NCBI GenBank assembly: GCA_038244585.1
Contig: JBBRTI010000002.1
Location: forward strand, 258-64,257
DNA from: Candidatus Saccharimonadia bacterium
GTDB lineage: Bacteria > Patescibacteriota > Saccharimonadia > UBA4664
Length of the DNA: 64,000 nucleotides
Reading direction: 5' to 3'
Shown: positions 27,011 through 36,554 of the stretch, piece by piece
Position numbering within the stretch: position 1 is the stretch's first letter
How the letters are laid out: the number at the start of each line of letters is the position of its first letter
Position numbers and translations under genes: made by a program
The notes under the pieces: model-generated
Told to the model about the DNA's origin: nothing
Database searches by the model: none
Seen by the model: the letters and a program-made list of their open reading frames with translations, nothing else

Positions 27011-29095
27011 ATGAAGTTTATCTTTCTCCGTCGGGCCGTAATGGGTCTGATCACGTGCGCAATTGCCCTTTTGTCAGTTATCGGACCGGCGATGCCGGCA
27101 TCAGCCGCCGTCGACAGTCCGAGCGATTTGACAGTAAAGTCACAGGTCAGCAACCTGTCCCAGGCAACAGTCAGCTGGAAAGCCCCATTAACGGTTAGGC
27201 AGATTACGGCCTACCGCTTGCGGCTCGATGGAACTGCGGTTGCAGAATTCAAGCTAACGAACGGTGAGATCAAGACGTCCTATACTATGGACGCAACACC
27301 TTTGCGTGCGGGCGGCCAGTTGACAGTGTCTGCTGTCTTCGATCTCCTTCAGGAGGGCACTGCCTCTCAGGCAATCACGTTACCGCCAATGCCCACAGGT
27401 GCATTGGTGACAGCTGATCCGGCCGGATCCAAGGATACCTATCAGCCCAACGGATTCGGCGGCAGCATCACAACGCCGCCTTACAAGGATAGTAATCAGC
27501 CGGCTGCCAACGAAGTCTACGGCAACAAGTCGGGTATTCTTCAGCTAATCACTACAGCCGATCCGAAGACAGACTTTGCAGCCTACCACATCAACATGGT
27601 CATATCATGGGTCTGGATGGCAGGCGTTATGCTGTCGCTCTTTGCCATCAGTGCTCTGAGCTGGTCGTTGATAACAAGTGTATATTCCGGTTTGGCTGGA
27701 GCCATCACGATGGTTATTACCAGTTTCGGCGGCAGTTACATGAGGGTGCTTCTCGGGCTTGGAGTAGTCATCTTGACGGCCGGTTACGCCTACTGGATGG
27801 CCCGCAAAGGCACACGGTCAATTTCCAACATGATGAATATGTCCATAGTCGTTTTAGGAGCCTCATTACTGCTGTTTGGCAACTCGACGGCCATAGTACC
27901 TGCGGTAGTCAACTCCCCGCTGGTATTTACTCAGGGGACAATCACCGTCATAAACGGTTGGGTACCCCCGGGCGTAAAAACCGCTGATTACAACCTGAGC
28001 GTCAAACCGACGTTCAATGGCAGTATCCTGGAACAAGGCGTGCGCCGTTACGCCTACGAGAATTGGCTGGAAACGACCTATCCCGGATACTGTGTGATGA
28101 ATTTCGGTGATCTCGCCTGGGCAACAACCACGCGCGTTGTCGATCCCAGTGTGCCAAAGGGCTACAACAATCTCACATTTTGTGAGTACCTGCTCAAGGC
28201 TCAGACTAGTAACAATACGGCTGCCCTCGACAAGCTCCGCAGCTACGACACCCAAGCGGGCTTAGGTGCTCATACGAGTGGCCTCGTTGAGAAGAGCTCC
28301 CAGGAAGCATGGGCCTTCTATCAAGGCACAAGTCCCTCGTCTATGGGTCTGCGGGCTGGCTATTCGGTCGCTCTGCTGGCATCAAGCTTTTTAAATGCGG
28401 TTCTGATCGTTGTAATCGCGCTGCTTGTAGCCTTCTCCGTCATGATGATGGGGTATGGCATGTTGTTGCTTGCCGGCATACTCATTGTGTCGCAGGCGCC
28501 ACCTCTACTGGACTATCTTAAGGACCAGCTCCGCTCGATGTTTGGTCATACCTGGCGGCCAGCGCTTGGTATGGGCTCAATCATGGTTGTCGACCGCATT
28601 ACACGAGTAGTGTTTACTACGACCGGTCCGACGGGCTGGCTTGTAGCAGAAATACTACGAGGTCTGGCCTGCATAATTTTGGTGGCATATGCCTTTCACC
28701 GCTTCCGTGGACATGGACATCGACGGGCTGGTGCTATCTCTGAGCCGGCAACACGGCCTCAGTCAGAGTACCGCGAACCAGTGGTGAATGTGCCAAGGTC
28801 GCCTTCGAACGGTAGTTCTGTCCGACCGGCATTTTCGGCCCCCGCCACGGTTACCCCGCGCCCTGCTATTAGGGCCGGCGCCCTGTCGGGAACGATTGTT
28901 CCAGTCTCTCCAAGCATGATGCGGCCGAGACCGGTTTCACAGCCTCAGGTTATCCGAGGCGAGGTTCTCACCTATGAGGTGGTGCGACCGGAGGTGGTCC
29001 GAAAGGCCCCTCAGGTAACCGGTTCATCAGTTGCAGCGCGAAAGGCCATTACCGGCTCATCGCGCGCCCTGCCTTCGGCACCATCCAGGCGCTGA
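27011..29095 (+). CDS. VirB6/TcpH-like polytopic membrane protein with signal peptide and Pro/Ser-rich C-terminal tail
   Basis: Signal peptide, a soluble N-terminal domain, then 6 or more TM helices. The low-complexity tail is Arg/Pro-rich. Confidence 0.45.
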   Translation: MKFIFLRRAVMGLITCAIALLSVIGPAMPASAAVDSPSDLTVKSQVSNLSQATVSWKAPLTVRQITAYRLRLDGTAVAEFKLTNGEIKTSYTMDATPLRAGGQLTVSAVFDLLQEGTASQAITLPPMPTGALVTADPAGSKDTYQPNGFGGSITTPPYKDSNQPAANEVYGNKSGILQLITTADPKTDFAAYHINMVISWVWMAGVMLSLFAISALSWSLITSVYSGLAGAITMVITSFGGSYMRVLLGLGVVILTAGYAYWMARKGTRSISNMMNMSIVVLGASLLLFGNSTAIVPAVVNSPLVFTQGTITVINGWVPPGVKTADYNLSVKPTFNGSILEQGVRRYAYENWLETTYPGYCVMNFGDLAWATTTRVVDPSVPKGYNNLTFCEYLLKAQTSNNTAALDKLRSYDTQAGLGAHTSGLVEKSSQEAWAFYQGTSPSSMGLRAGYSVALLASSFLNAVLIVVIALLVAFSVMMMGYGMLLLAGILIVSQAPPLLDYLKDQLRSMFGHTWRPALGMGSIMVVDRITRVVFTTTGPTGWLVAEILRGLACIILVAYAFHRFRGHGHRRAGAISEPATRPQSEYREPVVNVPRSPSNGSSVRPAFSAPATVTPRPAIRAGALSGTIVPVSPSMMRPRPVSQPQVIRGEVLTYEVVRPEVVRKAPQVTGSSVAARKAITGSSRALPSAPSRR

Positions 29096-29230
29096 ACGTT
29101 GCTTGAAAATCCAACGTATGCCCCAGCTTGCCATTATGGCAGGCTGGGGCCCCAACCTAAGTACTGAACGATCGGTTCAGTCATTAGGCTGGGACCTTCC
29201 CAGGCAGTTCATTCACATCCAGGAGTCAAA

Positions 29231-29854
29231 ATGGCCCGTAAGATAAGGCGCATAGTTTTTGTGCTGTTTATCTTTGTGGGCCTGTTCATCGCGGCTCACA
29301 AAGGTTCTGAATATGGAACTAGCAAGGCGAAGTCACTGATACTGCCGCAGTCCGCCCCCAGCGGCATAGATCAGCTCCCCCCCGGAGTTGAGCCGCCTCT
29401 GCCGCTACCCACCCAGCTCTATCAGAGTGAGGGAAAGCCGTCCTGCGACAAGGTTATTGCCTCGGGACCGCTTTCAGTTATCGGGCATGTCCTTTCGGTC
29501 TATGCCGGGTTCCCGAATGCGTCGTCTAATCGCGACAATGTGGCAATTCTGGCGCAACTCCGCCGCGACGATAGTATCTCGGAAGGCTTGTTTAATCGTA
29601 CCAGCCAATCTTGGCTGAATACGACGTACAAAGCGACGTTGGCAGTGTCGGCGACAGTCAGCAGCTGCGAAGTCGGGGAGCGCTCCACGCTAGCCCAGCA
29701 GCTTCTCATCAACGTGAAGCTGAAGACGACGGACGGTAATCGGCCGGACCAACTGCTTCCGTACTCTGTTGATGTTGTCCGTTTACACGATTCCTACATG
29801 GTCACGAATATCGGTCCGCAGCAAATAAGTGTGAGCGGCGGTGGCTCGTCATGA
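29231..29854 (+). CDS. bitopic membrane protein, possible VirB8/TcpC-like component
   Basis: A single N-terminal TM precedes an approximately 170-aa extracytoplasmic domain. Assignment rests on size, topology and position only. Confidence 0.35.
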   Translation: MARKIRRIVFVLFIFVGLFIAAHKGSEYGTSKAKSLILPQSAPSGIDQLPPGVEPPLPLPTQLYQSEGKPSCDKVIASGPLSVIGHVLSVYAGFPNASSNRDNVAILAQLRRDDSISEGLFNRTSQSWLNTTYKATLAVSATVSSCEVGERSTLAQQLLINVKLKTTDGNRPDQLLPYSVDVVRLHDSYMVTNIGPQQISVSGGGSS

Positions 29855-31638
29855 AGCGCCAGCTAGTAATCGCAGTCGTTAAGGCGGCGAATGGCAATGC
29901 TAAGCCGCTTCTGAACCTGGCACTGCCGACCATAGTAAAAACAATTGGCGTAACGGCCTCCGTCGGCATGCTGTTTAGCGGCACTGCGCTCGGTGCGGCC
30001 GTTGTGGCCGGCGGGTTGTTCGGTCAGCAGGCCGTTAAGATCAACGGCACTCAGAGCTGCACGACCCAAACCGTAGTCACGGGAGTCATAACTCAAGACG
30101 TCCCCGCCCTATATCGTCCGATTTTTACTCAAGCTGCCGCAGCCCGCGGCACCGACGTGAATTTGCTGGCGGCGATATTCTACGTTGAACATGGACGTAG
30201 CTATCCTGAGCCGCCGCCGCCCTACGGGAAAGGCAAGGCTTGGGCCGTATCTTCGGCCGCCGCTATGGGACCATTCCAGTTCATACCTTCGACGTGGCAA
30301 AGTTTCGGCGTCGACGGGAATAATGATGGTCAAATTGACCCCAACGACCTAACCGATGCAGCCTATTCGGCCGCAGGCTTTCTGACATCGCTCGGCGGAA
30401 AAGCCGGCGTCCCGCCAGGGGATCCTGCTAAACCGTACGACAAGCCGAGCATTGTCAACGTTATGGCCTCGTATAATGCTGGGCCGTCAGGCAACTTTGG
30501 CAACGGCGAAACGCAAGCCTACATCAAAAACGGGTTTGCGTACTACACCAAGCTTACTAACGGACCCTTGGCCAATCCACTGGCTGACACGACGATATCG
30601 GAATGCACGACGACATTTGAAGCGTCAGACACTACGCAATCGCCGAAAGTCTTTGCCTACGGCAGTACGATGCTCGCTGGCATATCCGCCGGCGGGCTCG
30701 GCACAAATCTGTCGGCTCAATCAGTTCAATTGAACGTGTCGGCTTCACCTGGTATGACGCTTGATGAGGCGGCCTTAGGTTTGTCGAATCTTGCGCCTAA
30801 GCTAGTTGAGGCTAAAGCGATCATACTGTCCTTTGGGGACGCGGCGATAGACGGGACCGGAGCTGCCTACGTGGCGAAGGTGAAGTCAATTGTCGCTAAG
30901 GTGCGGGTTATAAATCCAACTGCCAATATTTGGTGGGTCGATGCCAACACGCGGACGCCCGATTCCATACTTGACCCGCTACTGACGACAGCGGCCGAGG
31001 CCGGCGGTTTCAAATTGGTGTATTGGAAACGCCTAGCCAGACTAAGTGCCACTTCCGGTGGACCCAGCTGGACTGCAGAGGGTAGTAGCACGCAGCTGTC
31101 CGGCACAGGAGACCTAAAGGTCGCGGCATTAGTTGGTCAGTCCGTAATGGAAGACCTGACGCTAGCCGATAAGGTCTACGTCTTGCGCGGCAACGCCAAG
31201 TATTTGGCCATGCAGGTATTGGTGACTACGAATATCAGACTTAGCGGCCGCTTGGTACGCCAAGACTTAACTCTTGCCAGTCAAGGAAAGCCAGGATCAT
31301 CAGGCGTTCCGTTGTCGGCTAATATGTTGGCAATCTTATTGGAGCTTGCCAAGACGCGTCAAGTAACAGTTACGGCCATCGAGAGTGGTGGAACTGGTCA
31401 TGCTGGCGGCAGTAATCACTATGATGGAACGGCCTTGGATATTGATATCGGGCCGGCCGGAAATGCGGCGATAGTCACGCAGCTTTACAATCATCGCGCT
31501 GATTTAGGCATCGGCGACCTGATCTACAGCCCGATGCCGGCCGGTACCACAACTCTCAAGCACGGCATCGCGCTTACTTACAATTCTGCGACAATGAGCG
31601 AACACACGAACCACGTGCATTTCAGCTCGAACAAATAG
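29851..31638 (+). CDS. bifunctional cell-wall hydrolase: MltB-like lytic transglycosylase (SLT_2) plus C-terminal M15-like peptidase motif
   Basis: FYVEHG carries the catalytic Glu. GPFQFIPSTW...DGNNDGQIDPNDLTDAAYSAAGFL is family-3 LT-like. The C-terminal SNHYDGTALDIDIG (SxHxxGxAxD) and HTNHVHF complete the M15-like signature. Confidence 0.65.
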   Translation: MKRQLVIAVVKAANGNAKPLLNLALPTIVKTIGVTASVGMLFSGTALGAAVVAGGLFGQQAVKINGTQSCTTQTVVTGVITQDVPALYRPIFTQAAAARGTDVNLLAAIFYVEHGRSYPEPPPPYGKGKAWAVSSAAAMGPFQFIPSTWQSFGVDGNNDGQIDPNDLTDAAYSAAGFLTSLGGKAGVPPGDPAKPYDKPSIVNVMASYNAGPSGNFGNGETQAYIKNGFAYYTKLTNGPLANPLADTTISECTTTFEASDTTQSPKVFAYGSTMLAGISAGGLGTNLSAQSVQLNVSASPGMTLDEAALGLSNLAPKLVEAKAIILSFGDAAIDGTGAAYVAKVKSIVAKVRVINPTANIWWVDANTRTPDSILDPLLTTAAEAGGFKLVYWKRLARLSATSGGPSWTAEGSSTQLSGTGDLKVAALVGQSVMEDLTLADKVYVLRGNAKYLAMQVLVTTNIRLSGRLVRQDLTLASQGKPGSSGVPLSANMLAILLELAKTRQVTVTAIESGGTGHAGGSNHYDGTALDIDIGPAGNAAIVTQLYNHRADLGIGDLIYSPMPAGTTTLKHGIALTYNSATMSEHTNHVHFSSNK

Positions 31639-31639
31639 C

Positions 31640-31675
31640 TCCAACGGCCCGCACGAATCATTCGTGCGGGCCTTT
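31640..31675 (+). terminator. rho-independent terminator (ggcccgcacgaa-tcat-tcgtgcgggcc-tttt)
   Basis: Perfect 12-bp stem plus a T-run, directly after the stop at 31638. Confidence 0.85.
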
Positions 31676-31683
31676 TACTTGCA

Positions 31684-31712
31684 AGAAAAACCCCGCCTAA
31701 GCGGGGTAACAG
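31684..31712 (-). terminator. minus-strand terminator (ccccgc-ttag-gcgggg-ttttt) for the convergent gene
   Basis: The reverse complement gives ccccgcttaggcggggttttt, downstream of the minus-strand gene end at 31720. Confidence 0.7.
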
Positions 31713-31719
31713 GGCCAAG

Positions 31720-32220
31720 CTAGCGAAAACTAACTTGAAGGTAGGTGCCGGACGTATCACTGATAGTTGTGGCTGAACCGCCTCGTGACGCAACCCAGGC
31801 TATGAAAGATTGAATCTCGGCACTGCCGCTGGTTACAGCTACGCTATTTATGGAGTTCAAATCAATGGTGTCGGGCCTAGGAAAATTCCGGATATTCAGC
31901 GAAAATTGCGCCGATGCTGCCTGCAAGAGAAAGGCCGTTGCCGGCTGCCCCATACAGACTCCAGCGGATGAATTACTCGCCGAATCAGAGACGAGGTGGC
32001 GCGATTGGGTCAGCGCGGCCACGTTTGGGTGAACGCAGGCTGCCTGCGCCTGAATCGGCGTGACGCCTTTAGCGGAATGCAGGCTCGTTATCACCAGTAC
32101 CAAAACCAAGGAGGTAATAGCAAAGGTGATTGATACGAGCAATAAGCGTTTGTGTTGGGACAGCAGAGCGTACGGCTTTCCTGTTTTTAGCCACGGTTGC
32201 GCGATCGTTGGGTGAGACAT
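31720..32220 (-). CDS. membrane-anchored hypothetical protein
   Basis: N-terminal TM and a Ser/Ala-rich extracytoplasmic region. Confidence 0.4.
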   Translation of the reverse strand: MSHPTIAQPWLKTGKPYALLSQHKRLLLVSITFAITSLVLVLVITSLHSAKGVTPIQAQAACVHPNVAALTQSRHLVSDSASNSSAGVCMGQPATAFLLQAASAQFSLNIRNFPRPDTIDLNSINSVAVTSGSAEIQSFIAWVASRGGSATTISDTSGTYLQVSFR

Positions 32221-32354
32221 TAAGGTCTCCTCTCTCGGGTCCGGATAGCTCAGGTTATTATACCATAATATTGCTTGTTCTTGCGTTTTGACACTTTTAG
32301 CATAAGATTACAGGGTGCTCCATTTTCCGGAGAGCTCTTTGAGAGGAAAAAGCA

Positions 32355-32948
32355 ATGCTTACTTTATCGGGTACGGCCATCGGGGTAGCAATCCTCGTTG
32401 TGGTGTTCTTGGCGATAGTTGCCAGGGTCATTATTCGTTGGCTTGAAGATCGGAAGGCCAACCGTTGGGAAGAGCTGCGCCAGGCAATCGATAACACCGC
32501 AATTCTGACGGATATCGGGGACGTGCGGCGGAAACACGGCGTTTTTCAGATACCAGTAGACAACGGGGTATTCTCCGGCGTCTGCAAGTTCGACCCCCGC
32601 ACTCAGGTTCTTAACTATTCAAAAGCCGGATTTGGAGCAACTGCCAATCTCAAAGGTCGTTCGGTAGAGACATACGTCGCCATCATCGACACTTTTTTAC
32701 GCAGTCTGAACGTCCAGCAGGAATCATCGGTGCAACAGGTATTTGTTGCTCCGGAGGCTCAAGAAGCAGATGCGTCCGAGACGGAGATTAGCCCTCAGGG
32801 CGGACAGGCAAGTAATTACGGCGGCGACCAACCTAGCGGTGAGTACACCGTCGGTGAGGGTAGTGACGAAACGCACCGCCGTGCCGAGGAGTCAGATCAG
32901 ACCGGCTGGCCACCTGAGGCCACGGTTGGTCAGACGCGCAGCTACTAG
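32355..32948 (+). CDS. membrane-anchored hypothetical protein with an acidic C-terminus
   Basis: N-terminal TM. No motifs. Confidence 0.45.
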   Translation: MLTLSGTAIGVAILVVVFLAIVARVIIRWLEDRKANRWEELRQAIDNTAILTDIGDVRRKHGVFQIPVDNGVFSGVCKFDPRTQVLNYSKAGFGATANLKGRSVETYVAIIDTFLRSLNVQQESSVQQVFVAPEAQEADASETEISPQGGQASNYGGDQPSGEYTVGEGSDETHRRAEESDQTGWPPEATVGQTRSY

Positions 32949-32967
32949 GACTCGCCAATTTCTCGAC

Positions 32968-33002
32968 CTCACGGTCCGCCCGCAAAATGCGGGCTTTTTT
33001 AT
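32968..33002 (+). terminator. rho-independent terminator (gcccgcaaaatgcgggc-ttttttattt)
   Basis: Stem gcccgca/tgcgggc followed by T6. Confidence 0.75.
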
Positions 33003-33484
33003 TTGGTGCGGAGGTTGATAGTAGCGCCGTCTTCGGCACGAGGCGCGGCCAGCTCGAGTCTGCCTTGGACGTCTTGCATAATCGTATAGCCGCTGGCGGT
33101 CATGCCCTGACCGCCGACCGGATCAGACGGGAGAGATTGCAGCCCGACGTCTGGATTAACCAGGAAGTTCAAGTCCACCGTCTTGGCTTTTCGGCAATCG
33201 ACGCTCGACGCGGTACAAATTTGTGTCGGTGTTTTAGGAATGGCAACCGGCAGGGACTGATGGTCCTTCAAATAGGTGGAAACGGCCTGAGACAAGCTAG
33301 CCAGGGCCGCGGTGCGCTCGGCGTTACGGGTGGCCGGCGTGCTGCTTACCGGCTTAGTGACGGGTGGCTTTGCCGGGTTGCTCAACAGTAATATCAGGCC
33401 GATCGTAACCGCGATGGTGCCTATACTATAGCCAATGAGCCGCCGGCGGAGCCGCCGCCGCTTTACGTCTTCCCAAGGTTTCAT
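32999..33484 (-). CDS. membrane-anchored secreted hypothetical protein
   Basis: Arg-rich N-terminus followed by a TM anchor. Confidence 0.4.
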   Translation of the reverse strand: MKPWEDVKRRRLRRRLIGYSIGTIAVTIGLILLLSNPAKPPVTKPVSSTPATRNAERTAALASLSQAVSTYLKDHQSLPVAIPKTPTQICTASSVDCRKAKTVDLNFLVNPDVGLQSLPSDPVGGQGMTASGYTIMQDVQGRLELAAPRAEDGATINLRTK

Positions 33485-33557
33485 ACCTTATTTGTACCAT
33501 AAGCGTCTTGCGATAGCGATGATTCATAAGCGGTATTAACAATGATATAATAGTGCA

Positions 33558-34541
33558 ATGAATACCACACCCGACACCATATATGACCTCATTATTATCG
33601 GCGCCGGCCCCACGGGGCTGGCTGCAGCCATTTATGCCTCCCGAGAAGGCATGTCGACGCTGGTAATTGAAAAAGGCATAATCGGCGGCATGGCGGCTAT
33701 TACCGATGTCATCGACAATTATCCGGGCTTTGAAGACGGCGTCAGCGGGCTGGAGTTGGCTGACCACCTGACAGCCCAAGCCAAGCGCTTCGGAGCTGAG
33801 ATCGTAACCGGTGTTGAGGCTGTAGATCTATCGAGCGACGGGGCTGGGATAACGATTTTGACTAAGAAACAGCCGTTGAAAGCGCTGGCGGTCCTGATTG
33901 CGACCGGTTCGACCTATCGCGAGCTGGGGATCCCAGGTGAGTCCGAGCTGATCGGCCGTGGCGTGCACTTCTGTGCTACCTGCGACGGCCCGGTTTATCG
34001 TGGCAAAGACCTGGTGGTGGTGGGCGGCGGCAACTCGGCTCTGCAGGAAACGCTGTTTCTGGCCAGGTTCGCCAAACATATCACCATGGTGGTGCGCGGC
34101 CGCGACCTCGGCGGCAGCGAAATCCTGCGTGAGCAGGTCAGGCGCCTGAACAACCTTGATATACGTTTTCAGACCGTGCCTAATCGCATTGTCGCGGCCG
34201 AGGGCGGTATCGGCGTCAAGCACGTCGAAGTAACCAAAGCCAGCAAAGCCGGCAAGGCCGACATAGTTCCCGCCGACGGCGTCTTTGTCTTTGTCGGGCT
34301 GCTCCCTAATACCGACGCCTTCTGCGGCAAGCTCGACACCGACGAGCACCGTTTCCTCAAAACCAGTGCCAAATTTGAATCCAGCCTGCCTGGCGTTTAC
34401 GTTGCCGGAGATGTTCGTAGCGGCTCAACCTGGCAGATTGCCAGCGCCGTAGGGGAAGGCGTGAGTGCAACGCTGGCAATTCGCAGCTACCTCGACGAGC
34501 TCAAGTTCGCTCCAGCCGAGACAAAAGCCGAAATTAACTAA
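33558..34541 (+). CDS. trxB: thioredoxin-disulfide reductase
   Basis: IIIGAGPTGLAAAIYA is the FAD GxGxxG. CATCDG is the redox-active CxxC. VVVGGGNSA is the NADPH GxGxxA. Confidence 0.9.
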   Translation: MNTTPDTIYDLIIIGAGPTGLAAAIYASREGMSTLVIEKGIIGGMAAITDVIDNYPGFEDGVSGLELADHLTAQAKRFGAEIVTGVEAVDLSSDGAGITILTKKQPLKALAVLIATGSTYRELGIPGESELIGRGVHFCATCDGPVYRGKDLVVVGGGNSALQETLFLARFAKHITMVVRGRDLGGSEILREQVRRLNNLDIRFQTVPNRIVAAEGGIGVKHVEVTKASKAGKADIVPADGVFVFVGLLPNTDAFCGKLDTDEHRFLKTSAKFESSLPGVYVAGDVRSGSTWQIASAVGEGVSATLAIRSYLDELKFAPAETKAEIN

Positions 34542-34945
34542 GCTGCGTGTTCGGCGGCTTCGGCCGCGTCGGCGTCCGCCTTGGTCTGATGGACCGTTCC
34601 TTCGGGATGTTGGGCCGGCGAATATACAGAATAAAGGCGCAAATCCTTCTCGCCGATGTTGATGATATTGTGCCACGTACCAGCCGGCACGATGATGGCC
34701 CAGTCGTCACTGGCGTCATAAGTTTCCTCAACTTCAGCCTCATTGGTGCTGAGTTCCACTAATGCCTTGCCCTGCTCTATGCGCAGGAACTGGTCGTGGT
34801 CGGGATGGACTTCGTTGCCGATTTCCTCACCTGGCTCGAGGTTCATGACGGTCAGCTGCGAATGCTTACCAGTGTAGAGCACGGTGCGGAACGTTTTGTT
34901 CTCGACAGTTAGTTTTTCGATGTCGTTTATCCATCCAAGGGCCAT
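34538..34945 (-). CDS. cupin-domain protein
   Basis: ATG at 34945 has a GGAGG RBS. The G(x)5HxH-like core is EIGNEVHPDHDQF... and the second motif is GTWHNIIN. Confidence 0.55.
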   Translation of the reverse strand: MALGWINDIEKLTVENKTFRTVLYTGKHSQLTVMNLEPGEEIGNEVHPDHDQFLRIEQGKALVELSTNEAEVEETYDASDDWAIIVPAGTWHNIINIGEKDLRLYSVYSPAQHPEGTVHQTKADADAAEAAEHAA

Positions 34946-35031
34946 GACAACCTCCATATTTACGTTCGGGGAAGCTGAAATCGCTTGTTTCCCGCTGCTT
35001 TCATTCTAACATGTGGTAAGGGATGCCGTAA

Positions 35032-36447
35032 TTGGGTATCATGACAAACATGACATCCCTTACCGTACTCGACACAACCAATCATATCGGCACTACCGTA
35101 ACAGTCCGCGGCTGGATTCATAGCATCCGTGATATGGGCAAGATTACCTTTATCGACCTGCGTGACCACACAGGGCTATTACAGGTCGTAATTGCCGATT
35201 CCGTCACGATGCCGCGCCTGGGCATTGAGTACGTCATCGAGGTAACCGGTGAGGTTAAGGAACGCGGCGAACGATTTCGCAACCCTAAATTGGCCACGGG
35301 TACAGTTGAGCTGGGGGCGGCTAGCGTCGTCGTCTTGAACGAAGCCGTCGAACTGCCGTTCGAAGTCAAAAAGGATACTCTGAACATCAACGAGGAACTG
35401 CGGCTGAAATACCGCTATCTTGACATGCGCAGCGAGCGAATGACGACCAATCTTCGCCTGCGTCACCGCATTATCAAGTTCCTGCGCGACTTCATGGACG
35501 GGCAGGGGTTCATCGAAGTAGAGACGCCGATGCTTACTAAAGGCACGCCGGAAGGTTCACGCGAGTTTTTGGTACCCTCCCGCCTGCATCCCGAAGAATT
35601 CTACGTCCTGCCGCAAAGCCCGCAACAGTTCAAGCAGCTGCTAATGGTCGGCGGAATTGGCCGGTACTTCCAGATTGCCCGTTGTATGCGCGATGAGGAC
35701 CAGCGCGGCGACCGTCAGCCCGAGTTTACCCAGCTCGATATTGAAGCCTCGTTCGTCAACCAGGAAGACATCATTGCGCTCAATGAAGCTATGATGACGG
35801 AACTTATTAAAACGCAATTTCCCGACAAGAAAATCTCCGAACTGCCGTTCCCGCGCCTGACTTATGCCGAAAGCATGAAAAAATACAGCACCGATAAGCC
35901 CGACTTGCGCCGCGACAAGGATGACCCGAACGAGCTGGCCTTTGTCTGGATCATCGATTTTCCTATGTTTGAAATCAACACCGGCAGCAGTAAGGTGGAT
36001 GCCGTCCACCATCCGTTTACCGCCCCGCTGGCGGCCGATGCCGGACTTCTGGAGTCTAAACCCATGGATGTCAGGGCCGACGCCTACGACATCGTCCTTA
36101 ACGGCTACGAAATCGGCGGCGGCTCTATCCGTATCCACGATGCTGCTCTGCAGAACCGGGTCTTTGAACTGCTGGGTATCGGTAAGAAAGATATCCAGGA
36201 GCGTTTCGGCCACATGCTAGAGGCCTTCACCTTTGGAGCTCCGCCCCACGGCGGCATTGCCTACGGTCTGGACCGGCTGGTGATGATTTTGGCAAACGAG
36301 CCGAATATCCGCGAAGTCATGGCTTTTCCCAAGACCGGTGATGCTCGTGACCCGCTGACCGGCGCTCCAGGAGCCGTCACTGAGCTTGCCCTGACGGAAG
36401 CCCATATCAAAACCGTTCCGGATCTCAAGAAACCGACCCGCTCCTAA
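35032..36447 (+). CDS. aspS: aspartate--tRNA ligase, short form lacking the bacterial GAD insertion domain
   Basis: The anticodon-binding N-terminus is GWIHSIRD...FIDLRD. Class II motifs are FRNP, QSPQQFKQLLM, RDEDQRGDRQPEFTQLD and GAPPHGGIAYGLDRLVM. It is 471 aa. Confidence 0.75.
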   Translation: MGIMTNMTSLTVLDTTNHIGTTVTVRGWIHSIRDMGKITFIDLRDHTGLLQVVIADSVTMPRLGIEYVIEVTGEVKERGERFRNPKLATGTVELGAASVVVLNEAVELPFEVKKDTLNINEELRLKYRYLDMRSERMTTNLRLRHRIIKFLRDFMDGQGFIEVETPMLTKGTPEGSREFLVPSRLHPEEFYVLPQSPQQFKQLLMVGGIGRYFQIARCMRDEDQRGDRQPEFTQLDIEASFVNQEDIIALNEAMMTELIKTQFPDKKISELPFPRLTYAESMKKYSTDKPDLRRDKDDPNELAFVWIIDFPMFEINTGSSKVDAVHHPFTAPLAADAGLLESKPMDVRADAYDIVLNGYEIGGGSIRIHDAALQNRVFELLGIGKKDIQERFGHMLEAFTFGAPPHGGIAYGLDRLVMILANEPNIREVMAFPKTGDARDPLTGAPGAVTELALTEAHIKTVPDLKKPTRS

Positions 36448-36460
36448 CTGAAGCAAGGTC

Positions 36461-36489
36461 GTGACAAAAACGTCACAAGCTGGTACAAT
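36461..36489 (+). promoter_or_regulatory. promoter GTGACA-N17-TACAAT upstream of typA
   Basis: GTGACA at 36461-36466, a 17-nt spacer, TACAAT at 36484-36489. Confidence 0.45.
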
Positions 36490-36554
36490 ATAACAAACAT
36501 CAACCGCGCCCCGGCGTATTTCCTTGCCGCGGCGCTTTCATTTGGATTAATCGC

